Below, piece by piece: positions 1 to 13,283 of a stretch of DNA of 64,000 bases; the stretch's first letter is position 1; every line of letters begins with the position of its first letter. Position numbers and translations under genes: made by a program. This stretch comes from Nemertoderma westbladi (lineage: Eukaryota; Animalia; Xenacoelomorpha): the NCBI GenBank assembly GCA_032718475.1, contig JAUCBJ010002996.1, positions 1 through 64,000 of the forward strand, written 5' to 3'. The notes under the pieces are model-generated. The model did no database searches. It saw nothing but the letters and a program-made list of their open reading frames with translations, and had not been told where the DNA came from.

Positions 1-2
1 AA

Positions 3-2357
3 ACTTTCTTGGGCCATCGTGCTATTTAATATCGAGTTATCGGTATATAAATTTCTCGGATTATGGTCAGTTCTATAGGGAATATCATTATCAACAGGTC
101 TATAATTACCCTTAATAGGGTTCACTATAGGAGTTTCTACTTCGCTAGCAGTATAGATGCGTGTAGGCTCCACACCTTCCGCATGAGATACTTCAGACCT
201 AACGGGTTGACACATTGTTACAGAGGGTGGTGGTATACCCTTTTTTAAGTTTACTAATTTATCGCGTTCTAACGCGATACTTTGCTGCACTTCTTGCAAC
301 TCTAACCTACTTTCCCTCACCGTTCCTTTTAAATGTTGGACAGTCCCTTCCAACTCTCGGACCTGTTGGGAAGAGCGTTTCCGATTCTCCCTTATCTCTC
401 CTAGGAGAATATCCATCCCCCGCCGTCTCTCGTCTACCCAATCAACCGCCAAAACGGGATCCGCCAACGTCGTAGCGGGCAGACGAGGGACAACGGGCGA
501 CAAATTTGGAATATTTCGCTCGGGGTCCAGGACCTGAACTGTCTCCTGGGCAGTTCTATGGGGCACAGGTAGCTTAGTGCTATGCAGAGGGAATTTATAG
601 GTAGCTTCAGGGAGCCCAGGTGTGTCTATTACCGAAGGGGTGATTTCAAGAACAGGCCTACTTATTTCAGGCTCATCTACTATAGTAGGGAGTCTTTCTA
701 TTGTAATTATTTGGTTTGTGGGTTCTGTACTCTCTAAGTTGGTATTATTTAGTTGCCTTCTAACAGCTGGAGGCAAATCAGGCAATTTCTGACGGTGGAA
801 TGTTCTTTTACGTCTGCTTAGGCGGGATCGATTTCCTCCGCCTTCAGCGTCGGTGGTATCGCCTTCCTCAGATGATGTATAACCGTGTCGTTTGGGAGTA
901 GATCGATTCATCATCTGCATATTACTGGCTGTTAACTGTTTATTAAAGTTATCTTGCCTCTCTTGAAGATTTTCCAACTCTAGTTGGGTTGTCTCTTCAG
1001 ATGCCCTCCGTTCTGCTTCTGCCACTGCTATCTTTCTTTCCGCTTCTGCCGCTGCCGCTTTCCTTTCCGCTTCTGCCGCTGCCGCTTTCTTTTCTGCCTC
1101 TGCCTCTGCTGCCTTTCTTTCCGCTTCTGCCGCTGCCGCTTTCCCTTCCGCTTCTGCCGCTGCCGCTGCCGCTGCTGCTGTCTTTCTATCTTCTATACGT
1201 TTTTTCCTTACTTGCTCTTCCTTTTCTCTAGCGATGCGGAGTTGTTCATCGAATTTAGCTTGGTTTGCCGCTAACCTATCCACATCAATCGCATCTAACA
1301 CGAGTTTGGCTCCTTCGCTATTAGGGCTAAGTCCCTCTAGCCTTCTCCTCAACTCTTTGTCTCCCACAAAACGCTGATAGTCTGACAGATAGATATCAAT
1401 GGCATCCTTCTTATGCGGTTTCTCTGCCGTCGCTTCACTTTCCACTTGGGAAAAAGTAGTGTCTGTCGATTCTCCTTGTATTGAGCGCTCCTCCAACTGA
1501 ACTTTCCACTGAGCTGCTCCTTGAACCTGGCGTCTCACCCTTTGAAGCCAAGTCTTTACGGCAACTTGCAACGACGTGTCTTGTCTTCTTTTAGAAGCCT
1601 CCTCAAAGGCGGATAAGATTAGCCTAATTCGCAGAACTCTTTCTCTAACTTGATAAAGCAGCTGTTCCTGCTCTGGAGGTCCTTGAGGTTGTTTAAATAG
1701 TTGCCTTTCTACTCGCTCCATAGAGCTGAAGAATCCCTGTGCGTATCCGGCTGCGGACCTCTTCCACACAGCTGGATCGATAGTTTCCTTGGCTACTCCC
1801 ATCCGGTGTATGTCTTCCCAGGCAGCTTCTGATAAATCAAACGGGAGTCCGGGTCCGGGGAAGTTCCATTGCGACTCGACAATAGACTTCAATTCTTCCC
1901 TCGTGTACCCCGCATAACTATCTCTAGTTGATCGTTGACTCCTCGCCCAATCGATCTGGTGTTCTTCCACCGCGATCAATAACCTAGTGAGTACGGCTGC
2001 AGGAAGGATGAGAAGGGGATCCGTATAAACCGCATCCGTCATCTCTGCTCCGCGCTCGGGTGTCAGCTCTACAGTATCCTCACTACTGGAGCTGCTGGGC
2101 CGCTGAGGAATAAATTCTTGACTAGCGGGTTGTTGCTGTTCCGCTGCTTGTTGGTCCCGCTTGACCTGAGCTCGGGTGCCTATGATAGACCTACGATGTT
2201 GGACTAGCCTAGGTTCTGTTATTACTACTGGAGGGGTGACCTTCCTCACAGTGGGAGGTGAACTGAATTTACGACCAGACGGTTGTACGTCTCTATCTGA
2301 GTCGCAGATAGTTACATCTAATATACTGTCTGACAGATTCTGCTTAGTATCAGACAT
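3..2357 (-). CDS. Gag-like polyprotein N-terminal region of element copy 1 (open to window edge)
   Basis: ATG at 2357 (MSDTKQNLSDSILDVTICDSDRD...); downstream part homologous to the 13284-16871 ORF; contains a tandem AAAEAERK coiled-coil repeat at ~1010-1185. Absent from the ORF track, consistent with no stop before the window edge. Confidence 0.7.
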   Translation of the reverse strand, partial: MSDTKQNLSDSILDVTICDSDRDVQPSGRKFSSPPTVRKVTPPVVITEPRLVQHRRSIIGTRAQVKRDQQAAEQQQPASQEFIPQRPSSSSSEDTVELTPERGAEMTDAVYTDPLLILPAAVLTRLLIAVEEHQIDWARSQRSTRDSYAGYTREELKSIVESQWNFPGPGLPFDLSEAAWEDIHRMGVAKETIDPAVWKRSAAGYAQGFFSSMERVERQLFKQPQGPPEQEQLLYQVRERVLRIRLILSAFEEASKRRQDTSLQVAVKTWLQRVRRQVQGAAQWKVQLEERSIQGESTDTTFSQVESEATAEKPHKKDAIDIYLSDYQRFVGDKELRRRLEGLSPNSEGAKLVLDAIDVDRLAANQAKFDEQLRIAREKEEQVRKKRIEDRKTAAAAAAAAEAEGKAAAAEAERKAAEAEAEKKAAAAEAERKAAAAEAERKIAVAEAERRASEETTQLELENLQERQDNFNKQLTASNMQMMNRSTPKRHGYTSSEEGDTTDAEGGGNRSRLSRRKRTFHRQKLPDLPPAVRRQLNNTNLESTEPTNQIITIERLPTIVDEPEISRPVLEITPSVIDTPGLPEATYKFPLHSTKLPVPHRTAQETVQVLDPERNIPNLSPVVPRLPATTLADPVLAVDWVDERRRGMDILLGEIRENRKRSSQQVRELEGTVQHLKGTVRESRLELQEVQQSIALERDKLVNLKKGIPPPSVTMCQPVRSEVSHAEGVEPTRIYTASEVETPIVNPIKGNYRPVDNDIPYRTDHNPRNLYTDNSILNSTMAQES

Positions 2358-3679
2358 GACTATGTATACCGTTGAATGTCTACTGCTGTATTACAGTCTG
2401 AGCAAGTCTAGTAACTCAGTAGTAACTGCTAGCCTAATAATTAATTACCGGTACTGCTACTCAGTGTAGCGTGATATATATATAATATATTAGAATACCG
2501 GTATACTTATAGTATATATAACTATATAAGTATTATCACAGACTAGGTTTATCACAGAATACCGGTATAATTTTAGCACAAATATATAATATATAATAGG
2601 CCTATCTGGAATACCGGTATACAGCTTACAGTTTGTAGGATATATAATTCTGAAATAGAATTAATTACAAGTACTGGTATAATTTCAGCCTAGATTTATA
2701 GAAATAAAGATAATAGGCCTATCGTAAATACCGGTATATCAATTATTTCAAATAATTGAATTTCTATTACTTTAGGGTTACTTTGTTACTTTACTTACGT
2801 TATTACCGTTATTTGAGCAGTAGTCCAACTGATATTGAGACCTAATTGTTGTATGGCAGGCCTACTATTTATAAATCGTTTGAGTTGATTTATAATATAT
2901 ATATACCCGTTTTAATGGGTTTTGTCAATGTTTGAAATAAATGTTATTATTTCTGGGGGGTAATCACTACACAAAGCGGTGCGCTTTCAATGAAGTGTTA
3001 CGTATAGGACACTAAAACAAATAATTCTAATTTACCTAAGTTACTTAATACTACAAATTACTTACAATTTGGGTGAGATTACAATCTCTAAATAAACACA
3101 AAAATTTACAAAAAACACAAAATACGAATTTTTAGGGTAATTTTACAAGAAGTCTACAAACCAGCCTAACAAAGGGTTAGATAACCGGTTATTACAACGG
3201 ACAGGGTACTACGGTATTTGAAATAATAAGTAGTAGTAAATACACTGCGTTGTCTAGATAGGAAAATACCACCGCCTGACGACCTATAGCCGTATCGCTA
3301 TAGGTTCTACGTTATGTATCACGGAGTGTTCCTACCTAGAAGTTAATAGAGCTAATCGAATGTGCCTATCAACCACTTTACAACACAGATATAATGTCTA
3401 CACTAATTACTTCGGAAAGTACTGTACACTAAACCCTAAATTAGGTACGAGTACTTGTATATCAGATAATCAGTAGTTAAATATACTTGAACAGCTAAAA
3501 GAACCACGGCATCTGCTGGAGTGACCGATGCACAAAATCACCAGTCTTTACCTACGCCGAGCAGCCCGTGTAGTACCGGGGTTAATTTAACTATAGCGGT
3601 ATGTATAACAAACACAATTACTGTAGGAACAAACTTGGGGAATGAATGTTGCGGATAATCGCATAAACTCTGAATAATA

Positions 3680-4250
3680 AATATTACGCTACGCGTACAA
3701 ACTACTCAAACAAAATACAGACCGAACACTGACAGACTACTATCAAGCCTAAACGAACTACGGTATATGCAGACTCCGAAATGATTAGGGAGTATGCGCT
3801 CTAACCCAGTAGTGCGACTTATTCTTTAGTTGGGGGTTTACCTTACAGCGTTCGCTGCCCCTACTGCCTAACCGTACTTAATCGGACAGATGATCTACAC
3901 ACGCGGCAATCCGTTCAGACCTAATAACAGCCAGACAACTATCCAGCCTACAAATTATCTAAATAAAATTATACGCTACCCGTACAGACTTACACAAACA
4001 AAGTACAGACCAAACGATGGCAGACTACTCTCAAGCCTAAATAAACTACAGGACATGCAGACTCCGAAATGATTAGGGAGTATGCGCTCTAACCCAGTAG
4101 TGCGACTTATTCTTTAGTTGGGGGTTTACCTTACAGCGTTCGCTGCCCCTACTTCCTAACCGTACTTAATCGGACAGGTGATCTACACACACTGCAATCC
4201 GTTCAGACTTAACAGCAATCAGACAACAGCTCAGCCTACAAATTGTCTGT
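3680..4250. repeat. ~289-bp tandem duplication in retroelement leader
   Basis: CAGACTCCGAAATGATTAGGGAGTATGCGCTCTAACC at ~3770 and ~4059. Confidence 0.85.
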
Positions 4251-4566
4251 ACAATCTGATCAGGTTTACACGCCTTCTGTTCAATACTGGCCTACAAACA
4301 AATAAAACTGACAGAAATAGGCCTAAGTAAAATCCCAATAAAAACCAGGCGTCCCCGATTAATTATTAAGACCTACTGGTATATAATAATCAAAATCGAA
4401 TAATACTGCTGTACCTGTACTGCTGTAGGTACCGGTCCGGGTGGTTAGGTAGTCAGGCCTACTGGGTACCGGTTCTGGCAGTTGGGCCTACTGACCTACA
4501 GATGTACCGGTTGACCGGTACTTTCAACTTTATTGCTTACTGCAATAAAGAAGCTATATCCGTTAT

Positions 4567-5252
4567 TGTTCGCGCTTTCAGACCTTTGGCAGTTTAACCC
4601 GCCAAATTAGGATGTCTTCTAGATAATAAATCGCTTTTAGCCTCTGACAAGTATTTTATTCACTACACTAGTCGAAACCAATCTGTGCGCGATCATTCAC
4701 CCGCTGGATATACCCGGGAGATTGGGTTCGACGGCTTAATCGTATTGCTATGTAAGCCTACTGTATTATTCGACTGATCGTATTATATAATCTCTGACAA
4801 TATTATTCACCTTCGGGAATATTAACAGTTCCTTTAGGACGTGGCGCTCTATCTATATAAACAGAGTTATGACTTAAACTACTCACAACGATATGGCTTA
4901 GTTATAATTCACATATATGGCGCATTCTTTAGGAAATGCTTCGTTATCAGTCTCACTCATACACAATGCTGCACAATACTACACACTAATCTGCCGATCT
5001 TCACTGATTTTAGTCACATATAAAAGGAACACGGACCGAATCATGTAGGGTCTATCAAATAACATTAGATTCACTTCAAACCACTTTAACATAAGTCACA
5101 ATCGTTATATGTAACCTTTCTCTCTTACCTTCGGTATATCAAGAATATTGGGTTTCGGGGTTATTTATCGTTATTCCAAATATAATAATTCATCAACCAT
5201 ATTATGAAGAACTGACAGTAAATAGCAGTATAACAATATAAAAGTATGCACA
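4567..5252 (-). repeat. Partial or short 5' LTR of copy 1
   Basis: Begins TGTTCGCGCTTTCAG like the other LTRs; similarity stops at AAGTATGCAC (5251). Confidence 0.9.
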
Positions 5253-5909
5253 GGTATGTTTGATTAGGTATGTTGAGTTGCATGAGTTTTTAACACTTTG
5301 CAAATACACCGAAGAATTTTATGGACATGGGGCAGATAGGGGGGACTTACGCAATAAAAATCCATCCCTCTCCTCCAGGGGAAATTCGACGCAAAATGTT
5401 TGCTCTGAACTGCCACAGGAAGTTATTCCCCTTTTGGGGAATAATAAGAACTGTTTATCTTTAGATAGGGACCTGTTATATGAAACTGGTTGTTCTGTTG
5501 TCTGGAATATTCAGTAAGAAACGCACAAAAATGAATTTATATTGTCCTCCAAAAAGCGGCTTGAAGACAAATACGTAAAGGGATGATGGGCCAGTATAAC
5601 AGCCGATAATGCGTTAAGAAGATTTTTGATTGTGGGAAATAACTTGAAATGTTTGAAAAACAAACACTTCAATTTTGAGAAAAGCTATATCGCAATTTCG
5701 GTGTTTTAACCTCCTTATCGAGTAGGCCTATCTATGGAAGTAAGGTGACACAAAATCCCACAGGAAAATCGCGTATGGAATTATTGTTACTGTAATTAAT
5801 TATATTTATAATAATTTTGATTATTTATAATTATGATTAGGGATCTTTCCTGCAAATAACTAGCAACTTATAATTATTTTACTATAGTTCCTATTATTTA
5901 TTACAAACT

Positions 5910-6742
5910 AGGACAGCCACAAAGGGTGAAGATCTGGGATTCACACTAAATGAACGCAGAAGTAGTAGATATCCGGCAACTACAGTCACAGACACCGACT
6001 TTGCGGATGACATCGCCCTGCTCTCTAATACGCTAGCAGATGCACAGCTTCTACTAAATAAGGTGGAGAGGGCTGCTAAGGAGGTTGGATTGCATATAAA
6101 TGCTACAAAGACCGAATTCATGACCTTTAATGATGATGGAATCTTGACAACCATTGATAATGGAAGGTCGATGACTTCCAGTACCTTGGATCATGGATAG
6201 AGAGTAGCAAAAAGGACATAGAAGATAGGAAAGCAAAGGCTTGGATAGCTCTATCAAAAATGGATACCATCTGGAAATCAGATCTCTCCAGGCACCTGAA
6301 GACTAAGTTCTTTCGAGACACAGTGGAAGGTGTATTTTTATACGGGGGTGAGACCTGGACACTGACGAAATCACGTGAACACTGAATTGATGGTTGCTAC
6401 ACAAGACTACTAAGGGCAGCTCTAAACATCAGCTGGAGACAACACATGACAAACGCCGAGCTTTATGGTACAATTCCACCTGTATCAACCACCATCCGTG
6501 AACGCAGATTAAGATTCAGTGGGCACTGCTGGCGAAGTAAAGACGAGGTCATACCAGATCTACTTCTCTGGCAACCAACTCATGGAAAGCGTAGTCGTGG
6601 ACGACCGGCCATAACATATATAGATCAACTTGCAAGGGATACTGAACTTGGGAGAAACGAAATTGCGACAACTATGGAGAATCGGGAAGCCTGGAAGGAT
6701 CTCATTTCCACTGTCCGAGTTCGCTCGACCTAGTAGTAGTAG
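5910..6742 (+). mobile_element. 5'-truncated RTE-clade non-LTR retrotransposon (degenerate RT C-terminus)
   Basis: Translates to DTDFADDIALL...GLHINATKTEFM...YLGSWI...LYGGETWTLT...RLRFSGHCWR...RSRGRP with a frameshift and a stop; (TAG)n tail; TSD TATTACAAACT at 5899-5909 and 6743-6753. Confidence 0.92.
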
Positions 6743-8914
6743 TATTACAAACTTAGATATTTACTTAAGTCAAAACTTGCATGCCAAATTTTAATGTTTG
6801 CACTGGATTTTGACATTTACCCCGCATGGGCTTTATATTAAACAATCATTAAGTGAAATGTTATAAAAAAATAGAAAAAGTTAACCAAAAATATATGATT
6901 TTACAAAAAACGGAGGTATTTTATATAAACATTCAACACACCGAATTAAATTAAATTAAATTAAATCATGTGATGCACCTTTCAATTCATATAATCAACA
7001 TTCCCGAGTCAGATAATATAGTTAGTTAGTCTACTACGGGGCGATTCTGGCGAAACTACGAGCCACCAGCGAGTAGTTATAATTTTTATATTTTTATATA
7101 ACTTGTATAATTTGTTCTCTGAGTTGTCTTGCAGTTCTGTTGCTCCCACGAAGCCCCCCCCCCCCCCCCCCCCCCCCCCACTCGTGGTGTATTCAATCCA
7201 CTATTCATACCGAGGTGTGAAGATTATGAATCTATACTGAATGTTAATGACAAACACAAACCAATCAGTATCTACTACACTGCGACTGATTATAGAAATT
7301 GCAATAATTATCACACATCACACAACCTGGAAAACTGGAAAATACATAATCAAACAATGGCCTACTTAATATTCATGCAGCAAACCATGCCTGTATGGAG
7401 AGCTTAGTACCATTTAGTAATAGTAGTAATAATAATATAACTAACAGTTTTGAATACCGTATTACAGTAGGCCTATGCAGTAGGGTGGAGTGAAAAAAAA
7501 AAATTTCTTTATTTTTAAGGGAAGCACTATTTCTTTTTTCAAAATTTTTTTTTCACTCCACCCTACTATGCAAGCAATCCTCAATATAGAAAAAATTTTA
7601 GGAAAATATAACCGAGGAATATGAATAAAGATTGGACAATTTCCTACAAATATATTAATGTAAGTGAAACATAGACAAATCAAACCAGATGGTGTAGCCT
7701 ACTGTACAACTGGAGGTGTAACTCTGCATATGCTTTTTTACAATAGGAGATTTGATTCACGGGAAAGCTAGACACGTCATCGCTTCATTAATAATATATG
7801 CAGAAAAAAATATATTCCAATTGATAATTTTGTTGTTCACGCTTTTCCTTTTAAATTACATATATTATTTAATGCAGATGTTATTGCCAAGAAACGGGAA
7901 CAAAGTTATTCACTTCCGACAGCTCAATTGCAACATGCAAATTAATGGCGCTTCAAGTTGCGAATGTCCGTACGTAGGCAGGAGTGAGCTGCAGTTGTCT
8001 TGGATGGTGCCACCAACCCTATTAGCGGACCAACAGGACGCCAATCAATAAACCTTTGACTAAATGCCATCTAGGGAGCCCGGTTTTAAATCAATTTGCA
8101 TTTTGCAACAATAGTTAGGGATAATTACAGAGACAATAACGTATTGACTCCCACCCCCTAATTTGCAAATATTCCGTTTCCGCAATTTGTTTGAATGACT
8201 ACGTAGGTATATACAGTATAAGCAGGACCACACACATGTCATACTTTTTTGGTTGTATATGTTGAATTACAAAATCAATCATGTAGCCATCAATCACGTT
8301 TCCATCAGTATTTAGATTTAGAAGTGGTTGGTAATTTTCCTTCAAACACTCTAATGCAATAAATATCATAGCCACTAGTCGTTATATCAATCGATGCGCT
8401 GTTGCGTGTCGCATCTGCATATTATTCAAAATAAAAGTTCAAGAAATATATAAAACGAAATAATTTTTTAACAACACCAAAATAAGTAATCGACAATTAT
8501 TTCGATTTTTTTTAATTATATCATCTTGCCGACCCCTTTACCTTTCATGTTTATGCAAAAAATATTTTCCAAAAAACTGAAAAGTGGCGAAATGTTGTGC
8601 TATAAAAAATCAGTTAATTGGGGGCATTTTATAAATAATTCCATTTGAACTCTTTTTTCACAACTTAACCGTTTGCACACGCGTTCGATAACTACATAAC
8701 TGACATCAATCGTTCCGTATATAACTTGTAGGCCACCACTACTGCTATATGGGGAAGAAGCTCATTTCGGCTGATAAATCCATTATTAGGTAAAGCTGGT
8801 CAGATATGTGTGGAGTTTCTAATATAACTCGTTTGATATTGTATAAAGAAAATAAACGACTCTTTATCATCACAGGCAATATATTCTAGAACTTCTGCGG
8901 GTACTTATCCTATT

Positions 8915-10161
8915 TGTTCGCGCTTTCAGACCTTTGGCAGTTTAACCCGCCAAATTAGGATGTCTTCTAGATAATAAATCGCTTTTAGCCTCTGACAAGT
9001 ATTTGATTCACTACACTAGTCGAAACCAATCTGTGCGCGATCATTCACCCGCTGGATATACCCGGGAGATTGGGTTCGACGGCTTAATCGTATTGCTATG
9101 TAAGCCTACTGTATTATTCGACTGATCGTGTTATATAATCTCTGACAATATTATTCACCTTCGGGGAATATTAGCAGTTCCTTTAGGACGTGGCGCTCTA
9201 TCTATATAAACAGAGTTATGACTTAAACTACTCACAACGATATGGCTTAGTTATAATTCACATATATGGCGCATTCTTTAGGAAATGCTTCGTTATCAGT
9301 CTCACTCATACACAATGCTGCACAATACTGCACACTAATCTGCCGATCTTCACTGATTTTAGTCACATATAAAAGGAACACAGACCGACTCATGTAGGGT
9401 CTATCAAATAACATTAGATTCACTTCAAACCACTTTAACATAAGTCGCAATCGTTATATGTAACCTGTCTCTCTTACCTTCGGTATATCAAGAATATTGG
9501 GGTTTCGGGGTTATTTCTCGTTATTCCAATATAATATTTCATCAACCATATAATGAATAACCTACAGTAAATAGCAGTATAACGTTATAAAAGTATGCAC
9601 GACAAGACCAGCCAAGCATTGAGTAAGTTGTTAACCATTGAGTTACCCAGTTGAGTTAGGTTAGTAGGTAAGTATTGAGTTGCACAGATAACGGATATAT
9701 GTCCTTATAATTAAGCCTACTAGTGTTAGGCTAAAAGCAGAACAGCACAAAATATTCCAAAGCCGTTCTTCCTGGCTCAGGACAGAATGATAACACTGCC
9801 CATAATGCATTGCGTGATTTCTCGGAAATTTCTGTACAAGAGCAGTAAAAACGCTCTGATTGGTTGACTGAACTAAGAGACACCGTAGAACAAAGAAAAT
9901 CGACACGTATGAATATCAGCTGTTAACCGTCGTCATAGTAACTACTGTTCAAGAGTATCTAGCCCCTTTTGCGTCACGGAATTGCCATAGAATCATCAAC
10001 TATGCCTTCCACAGTACACATACGGAAGAAATAGCTCTTAGATCCTCTAAAAACACCGATACAGCAATAATACGGCCTCTTACGCCTATTAAACCAACTA
10101 CAGAGTATTTTACGGGAAAAATAAGGAAAAATAACCGGGCAATTCAGCAAAAGCTTTTACA
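8915..10161 (-). repeat. 3' LTR
   Basis: Direct repeat of 19161-20407 with about three substitutions seen by eye. Confidence 0.96.
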
Positions 10162-10172
10162 CCGCTCCCAGA
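10162..10172 (-). other. Polypurine-tract-like plus-strand primer site
   Basis: Minus strand reads TCTGGGAGCGG immediately before the 3' LTR start TGTAAAAG. Confidence 0.6.
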
Positions 10173-10239
10173 AAATGGGATTTTCAGTCTATAAAATATA
10201 AAAATCACAGTTTCTAAAACATAAAGATACTCTAAACAG

Positions 10240-11540
10240 TTAGTTTTCTTTGCGCGGACGGCGTTTACGCAGTTTCCCGAGGCTAGCCAGAGTCCTTTTC
10301 TCTTTGGGGCGAGCCACTTTACTAGGAAGGCTATAACTCCTGGGTAAAGGGTGCAATACAATTGCATTAGAAGGTTTGGGTTTACGGTCGGTGTCTCGTC
10401 CATTTCGATATGCTTCTCCTCGAGCTGATTTTCCTCCGCTTGTCATGGGATACGTTAGTCCAAAACTCTCGCAGAGAATAGGGTTTTCTAAGCTTGATAT
10501 TTGATTCGAGATTTCCCAATCGAACTGAGATAAGGCCAATTCGTTTATCGATTGGACTTACTGTTATAACTTTCGTTTATCTGAACAAACGCAGGTTTCT
10601 TTTTTGATCTTTATAGAATAGCGTTTAACTCGTTTCGTACAACGCTCTCCTTCACCTTGATGAAGGGTTGTATCGCGTTAAACGGGGACGACCATACGGT
10701 TGGATAGTGATATTAGGTGTCCGCGTCACAATCCGGCTAGGTAAGATGGGCGGCTAGCTAGAAATCACTGTCGGAGTGTTACCGATTAATTGTTAGGGTA
10801 GCACTAGATCTTGGAACAGTGAATACAGTCCGTGAGGATCCGCGATACCATCAGAATCGAAAATCTGAGGTCTAATCAAGAACGAGGTGGTCTGACCGAG
10901 TATTCCGGAACTCCGATCAAAGGTTCACTCAAGGACTGTTTGAGCCGAGTGAGCGTAGGTGATACGTCGAATAAGCTTCGTTCGAAACTCCAGTAAATAT
11001 ACCGAGTACAACTGTGTTTAGCACAACGTTTCCGTGGATGTTTATGTCTTTCCGTTTATTAGTTGGGTCTAGGGCATTTATCGTAATAATATCAAAGACG
11101 CACGTCTGGTAGGGGAAACGCGGATGATATTTATTTGTTGTTACAATGCTTCTATCAAGAATTCCAAATATATGTTGGAGTTACCGCGTTTATTTGTTTC
11201 TTTAATGTCTTTCTTTCGAGTCGATTTCGAATAGGATTTTCGCATTCGAATTTCGGTTTATCGTTTCGACTCCGCTGGGTAGGATATGTTCGACATAGTC
11301 CGTATCGTGTAAATCGATAGAATGGCCAATGGTTAAGAAGTCCATATACATACCATTACGATGCGTGTAGCGAGTGGTGAATTTTCCATAGTCCAATTCA
11401 CGCGTAAGTTGCTTCCAGGAAATCGTCGGTTCGATATAACGACCATCATCCTCCGTAGTAGTTGGACTAGTATCACCGCGTATCAAGCTATCAACAAACG
11501 CTTGAAAGTAGAGTATATAGCTCCCTGATACCAAGACCAT
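10240..11540 (-). pseudogene. Degenerate extra ORF region between pol end and 3' LTR (possible env-position gene)
   Basis: Broken reading-frame pieces (11202-11540, 10240-10539) with coding-like composition and Cys-containing stretches, at the env position; no family recognised. Confidence 0.3.
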
Positions 11541-13283
11541 CTTCTATCAACTCCGTCATATCTGCTATATATGAGTTTATTAATATTATAATGAGTTTAT
11601 ATTTAGGCTAGCGAGCGTCGCTGCCTACCCCAATCAGCCCCCGGACAGTGCGAGATCCTCAGCGCCGATGTGTCGTCACCGCTGTACTTTCGCCAATGAC
11701 GTAGCCGCACAACGACAACGACAACCGGCACAAGTCACTCGACTGTCCGTCCCAAAGGCTTAGATACACCTCAGGTTCTTACTGGAGAGTTAGGGTTACT
11801 TTCACAATTGCGACTCGCTACTGTAAACACACCTTAGTAGTAGCATTCGCCTATAAACTCACAAATACCACACACACAATTTGTCACAAATTACACACAC
11901 TCGGGTCACTTGTCCGTTAGTCAGTGCCTTCCAGAATGTCACGTTATTATCATGTATCCTTGGATACTAGCAGTGCGCTATTTATTTCCTATGCTATTCA
12001 ATGGGACAAGCTGTCTATTGTTCTTTTAACTCAATTCTAATTCTAGCGTGGTTGTTGCTATGGTGACATTATGCAAAGCTAGCGGTAGAATTAGGGTAAT
12101 TCCAATGCATACAGATCTGGGATGTTATTTAATAGTAATTCTTTAATGGTCAATGTCCTGTTTTATGCATGGCTTTATGAATTTTATCGGCTATTGACTA
12201 TGTTTGGGAGACTTTTGCACACTCATACGCATAATAAGATAAATCTCCGCTCCCTTGATCTATTAATTAATGGAATTTTGGGAATGTTATAAATTGCGTA
12301 AAAATGGCAATTTATTAAATTCATTAAAAGACATGAATTTAAATTTATTCCCTGAAATTTTATTATTTGATAATTAAATTGACATATTTTGATTCTAGAA
12401 CATGTCTGGGGACACAAGATCCTTAATTCTATGAAAATTGTCTTTTTAAGAATATCGGTAAATGCTACGATATCTTAATTGACTAGAATTGTTGAAGGAT
12501 CTGAATTTTACAGATTTTGATTTATTAGATTTGCAAATATTAAATAATTAATATTTGAGATGGGCACCGATTTATTCCAGAACTTGTCTGGGGACGTTAA
12601 CCACTGATTCTAGAATTTTGTCTTTCAAGTATATCGGTGGGTGCCGCGATATCTTAATCGACTAGAATTACAAATGGTCAAAAGGTTTAACAGATTTATG
12701 TGCGTTTTACGCTACTGTTAGAGGGACATCACGCTACTATATGTATTATTATATACGGTATGAGAGCAATATCGCACGAAGCAATGTCAGTGTGAAGAGG
12801 CAAGTCGTTTCCAAGGTCTACCCAGAGCTTGGTTTAGCTGAGACACGAGGATCTGAACTTTGCATTCCTAATACTCTGCCTACCAATAATACTTGAATAT
12901 AGTAGTGGCTTTATTGTACTTTAATAAGTACGGACATTTCATCTTACTGTAGTCACGTATTTATAATATGATACGGACAGTAAGGAAAGAGAAAAAGAAT
13001 TATTTCTTGCCGTCGCTCTACATATATTATAAGTAATTACGCACGTAATTAACACTAATATATTGCACTAATCTACTAAATAATCGCTAAATAACATTCT
13101 ACTTAAATAAAAATTAAAGAAAACGATTATAATAAAACTACATAGTAATACATACAGAAATATAAAAATAATAAAATAATATAAAATAATAGAGTCACAC
13201 ACCCACTCCATATGTTGTTACGTTATGAAGTCCCTAGATGTTTGAAGGATTAGGGAGGTGGTCGTGGGAAGAGAATCTTGCCT

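Larger units (their letters stand above)
1..5252 (-). mobile_element. BEL/Pao-like LTR retroelement copy 1 (5' part: partial LTR, long leader, gag; runs off left edge)
   Basis: 4567-5251 matches the first ~685 bp of the LTRs at 8915 and 19161; 2370-4560 is homologous to the leader at 16920-19160; 1-800 is homologous to gag at 15880-16650. Confidence 0.9.

Noticed and set aside
984-1274. Cys/Arg-rich and Leu/Pro-rich plus-strand ORFs
   Set aside because: Antisense shadows of the AAAEAERK repeat in gag.
4841-5023. 60-aa ORF repeated three times (also 9190, 19436)
   Set aside because: Lies within the LTR, GTG start; identity reflects LTR duplication.
7154-7179. Long poly-C/poly-G tracts here and elsewhere
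   Set aside because: Simple homopolymers common in such genomes and of uncertain assembled length.
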